This document shows positions 49,763-59,228 of a DNA stretch of 64,000 nt, piece by piece. The notes under the pieces were generated by a model that saw only the letters and a program-made list of their open reading frames with translations, was not told the origin of the DNA and did not search any database. The translations under genes and the position numbers were made by a program. How positions within the stretch are numbered: the first letter of the stretch is position 1; each line of letters opens with the position of its first letter. This DNA comes from Pelagomonas calceolata (lineage: Eukaryota), in assembly GCA_918797485.1 (NCBI GenBank), contig CAKKNE010000005.1, forward strand, positions 744,001 through 808,000, given 5' to 3'.

Positions 49763-51211
49763 TTACTTTGACGCCAGGTTCCGCCCCGGATCCAAAAGAT
49801 GATCAAACGGCTTCAGCGCGTCGGGCCGCCGGAGGTGGTGCGTTCTGTAGGAAGTCGGGTCCACGCCCGGCTTTTCGTCGACGCGCAACACGACGTCCTT
49901 CCGGACCGGCTCCGGCCGGCCCCAGTTCGTGTGCTCGGCGATGTCGGTCCAGTGGCGCGGGAACGTTTTCAACAGACTCCGGACGCCGTCGGGTGTCGGG
50001 ACGGGCCGCACGTAGGCCCCGGTGGGCGCCGGCCGCCGCGCCGGCGGCGACGCGACGGGTGACGGCAGCGCGGACTTTCGTGCCTTCGGCGGGCTCGTCC
50101 TTCGTATAGCTTTCCTCAACGTTCGGGGCAGCAGGGCGTCCTCCGGCGTGAGGCATCTCCCCAAAGCGCGGCGGCGCTCGACGACCATTTGCCTTGAGCG
50201 CGGCGGCGAGAAGGCGACGGACCGCTCCTCGACCGCGCGCTCGAGGTGCGTCGCGTCGCCATTAAACGCCGCGAGGTCCGCGCACGTCACGGCGCGGCCG
50301 GCGCCCGGCGCGCGCGCGGGCTGGACGTGGGTGGTGGTTGTGGAGACGGAGAGCGCATCCCCAAAAATGTGCGACTTTGAGGGCGACGCCGTCGCCGTCG
50401 CCGTCGTGGCGGTGTCGCTGAAGATGTGGGACATTTTTGATGGAGACGCCGTCGCGAGCGACTTGGCCGGCGAGCTCGCGAGAGATGTGCGACTGGGACG
50501 CAAAGTCTCGAGCTCGAGCGCGGCGGAGGCCGCCGCCGTGACGACAGAGGCCTGGTCGTCCGCACCGGCCGCGTCGAGCGGCGCCGGCGCCGGCGCCGAG
50601 ACGGCCGAGACCGAGCCTGCAGACGACCGAGACGACCGAGTCGCGCGCGGCTGGGCCCGCGCCGGCGCCTGCTCGCAGCGCGCGGGCGCGCCGGCTCCAT
50701 TTTTATCGTGGACGGGGGCCACCGGTATCGCGTGGAACTTCTCGACGACGCCGAGGTGGCCCTTGCGCTGGACCTCGAAGGCCGAGGCCGTGGACGCCTC
50801 TGAGACCACGGAGCGGTCGTCGGGCGCGCGGCGAGTGATAGCCGTCGCCGTCGAGTTGTGGTCCGTGACGCGGCCGGCGACGTCGGCGCGCACTAGCTCT
50901 CTTTCCAATTCTCGCTGGCTCGGCCGCCGCTGTTGATGGACGACCGGCGCCGTCAGCACGGAGACGTCGTCGTCTTCGACACTACCGTCGCCCCAGCGCC
51001 TCCGAAATAATGGTGGAGACGCCGCCGACGCCTGGGACAGCTCGTCGAAGGACCGCTCGTACTCCTTGTACGCTGCTTGTATGTCCTTCGAGGTGTTGGG
51101 TGAGGTGCCTCTTAACGCGTGCGTGTTCGTCATGGCGCCGGCGACGTGGCGGCGTCTCTGTGAAGAGAGGGGCGAGGCCATGGACCCGGGGATGGAGATG
51201 ATGGGCTCCAT
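49763..51211 (-). CDS. Hypothetical low-complexity Ser/Ala/Pro-rich protein
   Basis: Long ORF; likely start MEPIISIPG; CTAG-box about 160 nt upstream. Confidence 0.55.
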   Translation of the reverse strand: MEPIISIPGSMASPLSSQRRRHVAGAMTNTHALRGTSPNTSKDIQAAYKEYERSFDELSQASAASPPLFRRRWGDGSVEDDDVSVLTAPVVHQQRRPSQRELERELVRADVAGRVTDHNSTATAITRRAPDDRSVVSEASTASAFEVQRKGHLGVVEKFHAIPVAPVHDKNGAGAPARCEQAPARAQPRATRSSRSSAGSVSAVSAPAPAPLDAAGADDQASVVTAAASAALELETLRPSRTSLASSPAKSLATASPSKMSHIFSDTATTATATASPSKSHIFGDALSVSTTTTHVQPARAPGAGRAVTCADLAAFNGDATHLERAVEERSVAFSPPRSRQMVVERRRALGRCLTPEDALLPRTLRKAIRRTSPPKARKSALPSPVASPPARRPAPTGAYVRPVPTPDGVRSLLKTFPRHWTDIAEHTNWGRPEPVRKDVVLRVDEKPGVDPTSYRTHHLRRPDALKPFDHLLDPGRNLASK

Positions 51212-51372
51212 TGGCGCTGTACCGAGACTTTGCACTGGGAGACGCGCCGCTGCTTGGCAAGGGGCGGACTGGCGACGGGGCAGCCCCGGCTTGTTTTCCG
51301 TCGTTTGTGGAGCTTGCCACAACCTTGCTTGCCGCCAAAGCCCCCGGAGAGCCCGCGCTGTTAAATAATCTG

Positions 51373-51394
51373 CTAGCGTCCTGTAACACACTAG
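51373..51394 (-). promoter_or_regulatory. CTAG-box copy
   Basis: + strand CTAGCGTCCTGTAACACACTAG. Confidence 0.6.
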
Positions 51395-52327
51395 AAATAG
51401 GGCCAGGGGTGCAAAAACGACTAAAGCGCTCGCTGTGGCAGCGTTACGACTGTAGTTGTTGGCGCAAAACCACGTTCTCAACGCAGCAATCACTTCACAC
51501 CATGCGCTGGGTCCAAAGCGCGCGCCGCGCCGCGCTGACAACAATGCGGCCAAGGACAAGCACTCGCCACGGCCGCGCGCTGGCGGCCGTCGACGTGCCG
51601 CAGCCGACGACCGTCGCAGCGGACGCGCGACGACGACCACAGCCGCCGTCGCCGACCATGAACGCGGTCGCCGCGGCCGCCGCGGTCGTGCGGTGTCGCG
51701 CCGGCGCCGGCGGCGCCGTCGCCCGCTTGTTGTGCGAGGAGGACGACGGAACGTAGCGCGCCGCGTCCACAGTCACACTTTCCGCCGGAGAGCCTCCTCC
51801 TCGCGCGCGCAGTTAATGACCTGCCCGTCCGCGCCGCGCAGATAATTAGCCGCCGCGCGCCGTGTCGACGACACGCACGCGGGCCCGGCCGGCCGGCTCC
51901 TTGTTCACTGCGTAACATAAACCTTGTCTCAGTTGCCGAGAAAACCCGGGGCTTCAACGTCGGGCACCAACGCGGCATCGCCGCTGGCGCAGTCGTCCGA
52001 CGCGTCCCGGCGGCCGCGCGAGACTTGCGAACTGGCCCAAGGACGGCTCTTTCGCCTCGCCGGGGCAGTCAGGGAGCATCTCCTCGCGCGAGACGAGTTG
52101 CTCTGCGAGGCTGCCAGGAGGGCCAACGACGCGGCGCGGAGAACTGGGAGGAGGACCGTGTGTCGACCCATTACCACGCCCGCGCCGCTGCCCGCGCCTC
52201 GCAAGGCAAACACTGGGGCTGCCCCTTCAGAGGAACAACACTCAGCTGAAGCAGCAGCGAGGCGTGCGCGTCCCGGCACCACTGCACCCACCGCGGGACT
52301 GCCTCGGTAGTCTAACCCCGCGGGACG

Positions 52328-54424
52328 ATGCCGCGCCCCGGCCCGATCAACAATGGGGACCGCTTAGGACTCGAGGCCTCGAGGCGCGCGTCGCGCGACT
52401 CGCTGGCCGAGGAGTACGAGCACGCCCGCCGCCACTCCACCGATTCCACCGAGTCCTACGAGCACGTGCCGTCTCCCACGCACGCGCCCCGTCCCAACAA
52501 GGAGCGCCAGCGTTCGTTTGAAGCCATGTCCGCCTCCGAACTAAGAAAGGCGGCCGCGGCAGAAAGAAGAGAGCGACGCCGCGCCGCGGCGCTCTTCAGG
52601 GTCACCAAAGTCGTGAGCGAGAGTGACGGCAACTCGTCCAAGTTAGTCCAGAGGCTGCTCGAAGTGGCCCGCGAGATTTTGTACTGTTCTCACGTCACCT
52701 TGTTCTGGGTCGACCACGTCTCCGAAATACTAATTGCGGCGAATCCCGACGGCATCGAATCGATCGTCGTGCCCCTCGGCAAGGGCGTCGCCGGGAGGTG
52801 TGCTTTAGATAAAGTGTTATTGAACATTGGGGACGCGTCCCAAGATGATCGCTTCGACAACACGACGGACAAGGAGACGGGATTCTCTACGAGGACTATC
52901 CTATGCGCTCCGGTCGTCGAAGAGGGACGGACGGTCGCCGTCATCGAAGCCCTGAACAAGGAGGAAGGCTCGTTTGACGACGAGGACGTCGAGCTCCTAC
53001 AGTTGTTATGTGATGAGTTAAGGGCGCCTCTACGACGTGCAGCGGCCGACGAGACGTTTCAAGCCAGAGCGAATTCGGCGGAAAGGGGCGTGGCTTACTT
53101 GAAGCTGTTCACCGATGAACAAGAGGAGCCCTCGACGCCCGTGCAGACGACGCCGCACGTGTTGAGCTTCGAAGAAGATGGCCATTTCTCGCGCGACTCG
53201 TCGTTGAGCGACGAGCCGCTCGGCGAACTGGCGTCGTGGCGCTGGGACGCGTTGCGCGTCGCCGACGACGGCGGCGAGGAGGCCTTGGTCGAGGCGGCGC
53301 AGATGATGTTCGAGCACCACGGTGCGACGCGGCGCCCGACGTCATGAGGTGTATACCCCCTCCACGCCATCGACGCCCTATGAGGGGCACGCCATCGACG
53401 CGACGCGATCCCCCCTCCACGCCATCGACGCCTCATGAGGGGCACGCCATCGACGCGACGTGATAATCTTCCGCGCCATTGACGCGGCGTCCCGAACGCA
53501 GGTTCGCTCGAGCAGCACGACTGCCCCCGTAACGAATTTCGGGCGTTCCTGGGGATGGTGCGGAGTTCCTACAAGGCTACGAATTCCTACCACAATTTTA
53601 GACATGCGGTGGCTGTTCTGCATGTCGACTTCATGCTCGCTTGCCGGGCGAAGCGAGCGAGGGATTTAACAGCTTTAGACGTGCTAGCTCTCAAAGTAGC
53701 GGCTCTCTGCCACGACGTCGACCACCCCGGCCACTCGAACGACTTCGAAGTCAAATCCTCGTCGGAGCTAGCGTTGAGGTACAACGACGCTTCTGTCTTA
53801 GAGAACTACCATGCTTCGTTCGTCTTCGCAACACTCCTGAGGAATCCATCGACGGATTTCCTGGCGAATCTGTCACGAAATGCCTACAGAGAATTCCGCA
53901 AGGCCGTCATCTCGATGATCCTGGCCACGGACATGGCAAGGCACGGGGCGCACGTCGACTCATTAAGGGCCTTTGCAGATCGTACCTCATTTACATCATT
54001 AACGAGGCACTCCTTCAGCGACAAGTCCGACTCGGACGACCGAGATTCGAGAGTCGCCTCACCTAGACGTAGACAGTTTTATCTCGATCAGCTCATCCAC
54101 CTCGGGGACATGAGCGCGCAATGTAGTCCGAGTTTCGACACGGCCAAGGACTGGGCCGAGCGCATCGCCGACGAGTTCCGAAAGCAAGCTTCTAGAGAAC
54201 AAGACCTGGGCCTGCCGGTGTCGCCGTTCATGGCTCGCCTCGAGACGGCGGCCGATCTCGCGCTCGGACAGGTCGCGTTCATCGACTACGTCGTCCAGCC
54301 TTTGTTTGCGGCGGCGCAGAAGATCTTTCCGGAAGTTGGGGAATTGGAAGAGAATTGTCGGAAAAACAGGGAGGCGTGGCGCGCGCTCGGGGCGCGGGCG
54401 TCGGCGGACCGCGCGTCCGGTTGA
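52328..54424 (+). CDS. GAF-domain class I cyclic-nucleotide phosphodiesterase; exons 52328-53321, 53502-54424
   Basis: GAF: GVAG...DDRFD..DKETGFSTRTILCAP..ALNK..FDDED. PDE: YHNFRHA, CHDVDHPG, LENYH, ILATDM and QVAFIDY. Confidence 0.93.
53322..53501 (+). other. GT-AG intron (180 nt) built from tandem copies of the introner internal motif
   Basis: G|GTGCGA...ACGCAG|GT restores HHGSLEQHD. A ~50-nt unit is duplicated, giving four CACGCCATCGACGC plus one CGCCATTGACGCG. Confidence 0.9.
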
Positions 54425-54533
54425 GGTTTATTTATCTGTTGCGCCCGGCGGTCCTTGCGCGCGGGCGTGTGTTATATATTTTAGGTAAATTTTTAGGAGG
54501 CGGGGTGTGGGACGTCGGTGGCGTGGGGGTTGC

Positions 54534-55835
54534 CTAGGCGATGGCACACCCGCCCATGCCAGAGTTGCTCGCCGTCGCGGGCCCGTCGTACTCGAAGGGC
54601 ATGCAGTCGCTCTCGTGCGCCCAGAGGTCTTCTTCGGGGCAGTTTGGCGCCGCGGCGCGCGCCGCGGCCTTCGCGCGCGCCCAGCGCGTCGCGTTCAGGG
54701 ACGCCTGCCAGCTCTGGAGCTTCTTCATCGTGCCGGCGACGGAGGCCGTCGGGTCCTGGAGGCGCGCCTCGAGAAGGGCGCAGGCGTCTGGCAGGAGTTT
54801 GCGCGGCGAATCGCCGAATCCTTGATCGTCAGCGAACTCCAGGCGGCCGATCGTGAACGAGAACGGGAACGACGAGCACGCCGCGCCGCCGAGGGCCTGG
54901 GTCTCTTCGAACTCCTCCAGTGACTCCCACGACTCGTCGCCATAGGAATCGCAGAAGTAGGCGTTGCTCCCGTTCTTGGCGAGGCGCTCGATGGCCATCC
55001 ACTGGTCCTTGCCCTTCTTGTGGACGTTCGCCGCCAGGAGCGCGGTCCGGAGCGCGAAGCCGACCTCGTCCGGCGCGATACCCAGGGCCGCCGCGACGCC
55101 GGCGCTCGTCTCCCGCGAGGCCGAGTAGTAGCGGCAGGACGCGTCGTTTTCCCCTTGGGGCTCGCACCACGTCACCAGGCGCTCGCATGCGGCGCCGGCC
55201 TTGACGAAGACGCTCGTGTGCTGCATGCCCGCGCACCAGCAACCGGGGTCGCAGACGTTCTTGCTCCCGACGAACACGAGGAACGGGACGCGCGCCTGGG
55301 CGCCGCGCAGCGACACGAGGTGAAGGTTCTCGATGGCGTCCGGCGTCCAGTCCGTGTTCGTCACGTCGCAGGCGCCGTGGTGGACGACGCCGTCGACGAG
55401 GCGCGCGACGAGCGCCGCCTTCGGCTTGGCCTCCTCGTCCATGGCGTCCTTCCACGCGTTGAGCGCGGCGAGGTTCGCGTCGAAGCGATCGACGCTGTCG
55501 ACCCGGAGGCGGTCGAACATCGAGCCGCCAAAGCGCCGCTGCCGCTGCGCGCCCGGCTTCGGGCGGAACGTCTTGCGGAGGACCGTGTCACCGCGGCTCG
55601 CGAGCAGGATCGCGTCGAGCGTCGGCTCCGAGGCCAGGATCTCGACGCCGTGCTCCTTGAAGGCGAGCGCCACGCCCCAGAGCTCGCGCTTGCCGCCAAA
55701 GCCCGCGATCACCGAGAGGACGCCGACGTCGAGCTTGCCGACAAGGCGCGTGCGCTCCACGGAAATCTCATGGGCGGCGCGGCGTTTTGCTTCGCGTTCG
55801 GCGGCCGCCGCGCGGGCGCGTCGCGTCGCGGGCAT
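54534..55835 (-). CDS. Hypothetical protein with CaaX tail
   Basis: 433-aa ATG ORF with strong GC3; ends GGCAIA*. Confidence 0.65.
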   Translation of the reverse strand: MPATRRARAAAAEREAKRRAAHEISVERTRLVGKLDVGVLSVIAGFGGKRELWGVALAFKEHGVEILASEPTLDAILLASRGDTVLRKTFRPKPGAQRQRRFGGSMFDRLRVDSVDRFDANLAALNAWKDAMDEEAKPKAALVARLVDGVVHHGACDVTNTDWTPDAIENLHLVSLRGAQARVPFLVFVGSKNVCDPGCWCAGMQHTSVFVKAGAACERLVTWCEPQGENDASCRYYSASRETSAGVAAALGIAPDEVGFALRTALLAANVHKKGKDQWMAIERLAKNGSNAYFCDSYGDESWESLEEFEETQALGGAACSSFPFSFTIGRLEFADDQGFGDSPRKLLPDACALLEARLQDPTASVAGTMKKLQSWQASLNATRWARAKAAARAAAPNCPEEDLWAHESDCMPFEYDGPATASNSGMGGCAIA

Positions 55836-56091
55836 TGATCAACGAGAGAGTACTTAAGCGGTCACGAACACTAGACTAACTCGTGCGCCGGCGAAGCTGC
55901 GTACTCGGAGGAACGCCTTACTGGTTTGAACCCGAGTTGAAAGGATTTAGCTCAGGGTTTAGGTACCACCGCGGTCGGGCCTTCCGGCAAGCGCGGAGTA
56001 ACTGGCCAATTGCGAGTCGCTTGAACCACGCGCGCCGCAAGAAGCGTCTGTGGCTAGGGTACTAACAATTCGCCTATTTTGGTAATCCGAG

Positions 56092-56113
56092 CTAGCGGCC
56101 TGTAAGACACTAG
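56092..56113 (-). promoter_or_regulatory. CTAG-box, consensus copy in divergent spacer
   Basis: + strand CTAGCGGCCTGTAAGACACTAG followed by CAAGC. Confidence 0.7.
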
Positions 56114-56256
56114 CAAGCTTGGTTCTGTGTGGATTTGCCTTTTGAGCGCGCTCGAGCGCGACGTTACCGTGCGTCCAGCTGACGGGAGCGAGAAAATATA
56201 ATCCGCCAGCGCGTTCTGCCTGCGAAAGGCAGCCCTTTGGCAAGCTCTGCGAGACG

Positions 56257-57651
56257 ATGCCCTGGAGGGCAGCCAAGCCTGTGGAGGAGCCCGCGGGCAC
56301 CGATGCGACCACGATGTACCACCGCATCGCTGACTGGTACAACAGCCCGGAAGGCGACGCGCTGCGGGCAGCCTGGGGCGCGTACCCGGCATCGCCAGAG
56401 ACGCTCGAGAGCTGGTCCGGCTTCGTCGCGGTGACCAACGCGTTCCTCGACCACGCGGGCCCGCCGCCGACCGCCCCCGAGACGGTCCAGGTCGAAGAAG
56501 AAGGCCCGCCAGTGAGCGAGGAGCCGTATGAGCCGCCGTTGATGATGGAGGAGGAGCGGGAGGCGCCGGCACTCGGCGAGGAGGCCGCGGCGGAGGAGAC
56601 TGGTGTTGTGGTAGACTGGGCGCTCCTCCGGACGCGAGAGATTCTGACGAACGAGTCGCTGCGCGACAGATTAAAGCGCTGGTGCGCCGGCGACCGCGAG
56701 GGCTTGCCGCCCATCTCGACGTGGAATACGAGCCGGGTCACGGACTTTAGCAAGCTATTCATGAATCAGAAGGGTTTCAACGACGACATCAGCGCGTGGG
56801 ATACTTCTAATGTGATGACGATGGAAGGGATGTTCCGCAACGCCTCGACGTTCAACCAGCCGCTGAACGACTGGCGGGTCGACAAGGTCACAAATATGCA
56901 GCAAATGTTCCAGAGTGCCTCGTCGTTCAACCAGCCGCTGAACAACTGGCGGGTCGACAACGTCACTGATATGGGCGGGATGCTCTGGGGCGCCTCGGCG
57001 TTCAACCAACCACTGAACGACTGGCGGGTCGACAACGTCACGAATATGCGCATGATGTTCAGCTGCGCCGAGGTGTTCAACCAGCCGCTGAACGACTGGC
57101 GGGTCGACAACGTCACGGATATGCGCTGGATGTTCAGGGATGCCTCGGCGTTCAACCAACCGCTGGGCGACTGGCGGGTCGACAAGGCCACAAACACGGA
57201 AGACATGTTCAAAGGAGCTTCGGCCTTCGACATAGACCGCAACTGGGGACTCACGAACGAGACGCTGCGAGATTGGACAAGGCGCTGGTGCGACAGCGAC
57301 CACGAGGGCTTGCCGCACATCTCGACGTGGAATACGAGTAAGGTGACTGACATGAGCTCGCTCTTCCATTGCGACGATGGATTTAACGACGACATCAGCG
57401 CGTGGGATACCTCTAGCGTGACGACGATGATGAATATGTTCAACGGCGCCAAGGCGTTCAACCAGCCGATTGGCGAATGGCGGGTCGACAACGTCACGAA
57501 TATGAGCAATATGTTCCGCTTCGCTTCGTCCTTCGACCAACCCCTGGGCACTTGGAGACTTAGAGCAAACTGCAAAACTCTTCGAATGTTTGAGGGCAGC
57601 AACTTTCGGAACAGCCGCCCAGTGAAGGCGTCGTGCTGCGCCATCTCTTGA
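56257..57651 (+). CDS. DUF285/BspA-like 25-aa repeat protein with CaaX tail
   Basis: Tandem 75-nt repeats encoding FNQPLNDWRVDNVTxMxxMFxxAS; ends SCCAIS*. Confidence 0.9.
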   Translation: MPWRAAKPVEEPAGTDATTMYHRIADWYNSPEGDALRAAWGAYPASPETLESWSGFVAVTNAFLDHAGPPPTAPETVQVEEEGPPVSEEPYEPPLMMEEEREAPALGEEAAAEETGVVVDWALLRTREILTNESLRDRLKRWCAGDREGLPPISTWNTSRVTDFSKLFMNQKGFNDDISAWDTSNVMTMEGMFRNASTFNQPLNDWRVDKVTNMQQMFQSASSFNQPLNNWRVDNVTDMGGMLWGASAFNQPLNDWRVDNVTNMRMMFSCAEVFNQPLNDWRVDNVTDMRWMFRDASAFNQPLGDWRVDKATNTEDMFKGASAFDIDRNWGLTNETLRDWTRRWCDSDHEGLPHISTWNTSKVTDMSSLFHCDDGFNDDISAWDTSSVTTMMNMFNGAKAFNQPIGEWRVDNVTNMSNMFRFASSFDQPLGTWRLRANCKTLRMFEGSNFRNSRPVKASCCAIS

Positions 57652-57751
57652 ATTCGTTACCTCTGCCCCCATTTCTTTCAGTAAGGCTTCCTTTAGACCT
57701 TTAGAACCTCCTTTATCCTTTAGACTTTAGAGACTTTAGACAACAACATCA

Positions 57752-58912
57752 TTAGATATTCGGCACAAGCATCCCCGCGATCGCGTTCAGGTTCGCGTCG
57801 TCGGCGTCGAGCGCCGCGACGCGGAGCGCGTACTCGACGGCCCGCGGGTCGACGACCTCCTCGGAGACGAGCCACGAAACGATGTCGGTGCGTTTGTAGG
57901 CGCACGCGTGCTCGAGGGGGGTGTGCCCCGCCGCATTTGGCGCTCGGAGATCCACGCGGCAGACATCGCGCAAGTACGCTAGAGTCGCGGTGTCTCCGCC
58001 GGCCGCCGCCCAGTGCGCGCAGGTGCACCCGCGGTCGTTGGCGACGTGCGCGTCCGCGCCGGCCGCGAGCAGCGTCCGCACGGCCGAGACGCCCCCCTGC
58101 CACGCCGCCCAGTGGATGACGGCGTTGCCGTCGTGAGTCGTCGCGCACGCGTCGGCGCCGGCCGAAAGGAGCAGCTCGGCCGCGCCTTCCTCGAAGCCCG
58201 TGCCCGCGGCGTTCCCACGGACGCCGCAGGCCGCCCAGTGGAGCGACGTCGCGCCCGCCGCATCGCGGTCGCGCGCCAGCGCCGCGTCGCTCGCTATCAA
58301 AGCCGAGAGAACGTCGACGGCGCCGCGCCCGGCGGCGACGTGCGCGGCCGACGCGCCGCGGCGGTCCCTGTCTTGCGCCGGCGCCCAGCCGTGGGCTAAT
58401 AGGTCTCGTACTAAGCGCGCGTCGCCGTCCGCGGCCGCGCGCCGGCCGCCGCGCCGGAAGGCCGCCACGAGCGCCGCCACGTCACCCGCGTCGCCGCCGC
58501 AGGCCTCGGCGAAGTCGTCGTGGGTCGCGGGCGTGGCGCAGAGGTCGCCGAGGAGCGGCGGGCGGAGCCCCGGCGTCGCGAGCTGCGCGCCGTGCGGTGC
58601 GCCGACGCGGCGCAAATATGCGTGGCGCGCCGCCAGCACGGCCAGCGGCGTCGACGCGAGCTGCGGCGTCGCTTCGATGAGATCGGTCGCGTCCTCGACG
58701 CCGAAGACCTCGCGTATGAAGCGAAGGATAGGGCCAAGGCGGCCGCGCCGTGCCGCGGCGACGACGGCCGGGTGTTCACGGATCGCGGCGTCGAGTCTGG
58801 CGGCTCGGAAGCCGCAGCCGTCGCCAAATAACGTCAGGCGCGCGGCGTTCGTCTGGCGGAGCGCGTGTGCTGTTGTGGTGAGCGCCGCGACGACGTAGAC
58901 GATTCGTGGCAT
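57752..58912 (-). CDS. Ankyrin-repeat protein with signal-like N-terminus
   Basis: GASAAHVAA, GATSLHWAA, GNAVIHWAA, GCTCAHWAA and GHTPLEHAC. Confidence 0.88.
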   Translation of the reverse strand: MPRIVYVVAALTTTAHALRQTNAARLTLFGDGCGFRAARLDAAIREHPAVVAAARRGRLGPILRFIREVFGVEDATDLIEATPQLASTPLAVLAARHAYLRRVGAPHGAQLATPGLRPPLLGDLCATPATHDDFAEACGGDAGDVAALVAAFRRGGRRAAADGDARLVRDLLAHGWAPAQDRDRRGASAAHVAAGRGAVDVLSALIASDAALARDRDAAGATSLHWAACGVRGNAAGTGFEEGAAELLLSAGADACATTHDGNAVIHWAAWQGGVSAVRTLLAAGADAHVANDRGCTCAHWAAAGGDTATLAYLRDVCRVDLRAPNAAGHTPLEHACAYKRTDIVSWLVSEEVVDPRAVEYALRVAALDADDANLNAIAGMLVPNI

Positions 58913-59095
58913 TGCTACGCGGCGATGCGTGCTGGTGCTATATGACATTGGTAGTGCATGGCAGCGCTGCCTCCCACACTGACGGATAATGTCCCAAACG
59001 CTGGCTGGGCGTCAAAGCGCTGGACAGAAATCGTAAGAATGGCCAGGACAGCAGTGTTGGATAGCGTAGCGCCCACACACGAGAGGAGCAAGCAG

Positions 59096-59117
59096 CTAGC
59101 GTATCGAGACACACTAG
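59096..59117 (-). promoter_or_regulatory. CTAG-box, degenerate copy in divergent spacer
   Basis: + strand CTAGCGTATCGAGACACACTAG. Confidence 0.45.
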
Positions 59118-59228
59118 TCCCATCGACCTCGAAGCGGCTCTCTGGCTTTGGGCAGCCTCCCTCGCCGCCGCAGGGGCCGATACGTCGAACGAATCGGCGC
59201 GACGGAGCGGGAGACGCGGATCGGCGGC

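Noticed and set aside
56755..57672. Long antisense ORFs over the DUF285 gene
   Set aside because: Shadows of a tandem-repeat coding sequence; no independent protein features.
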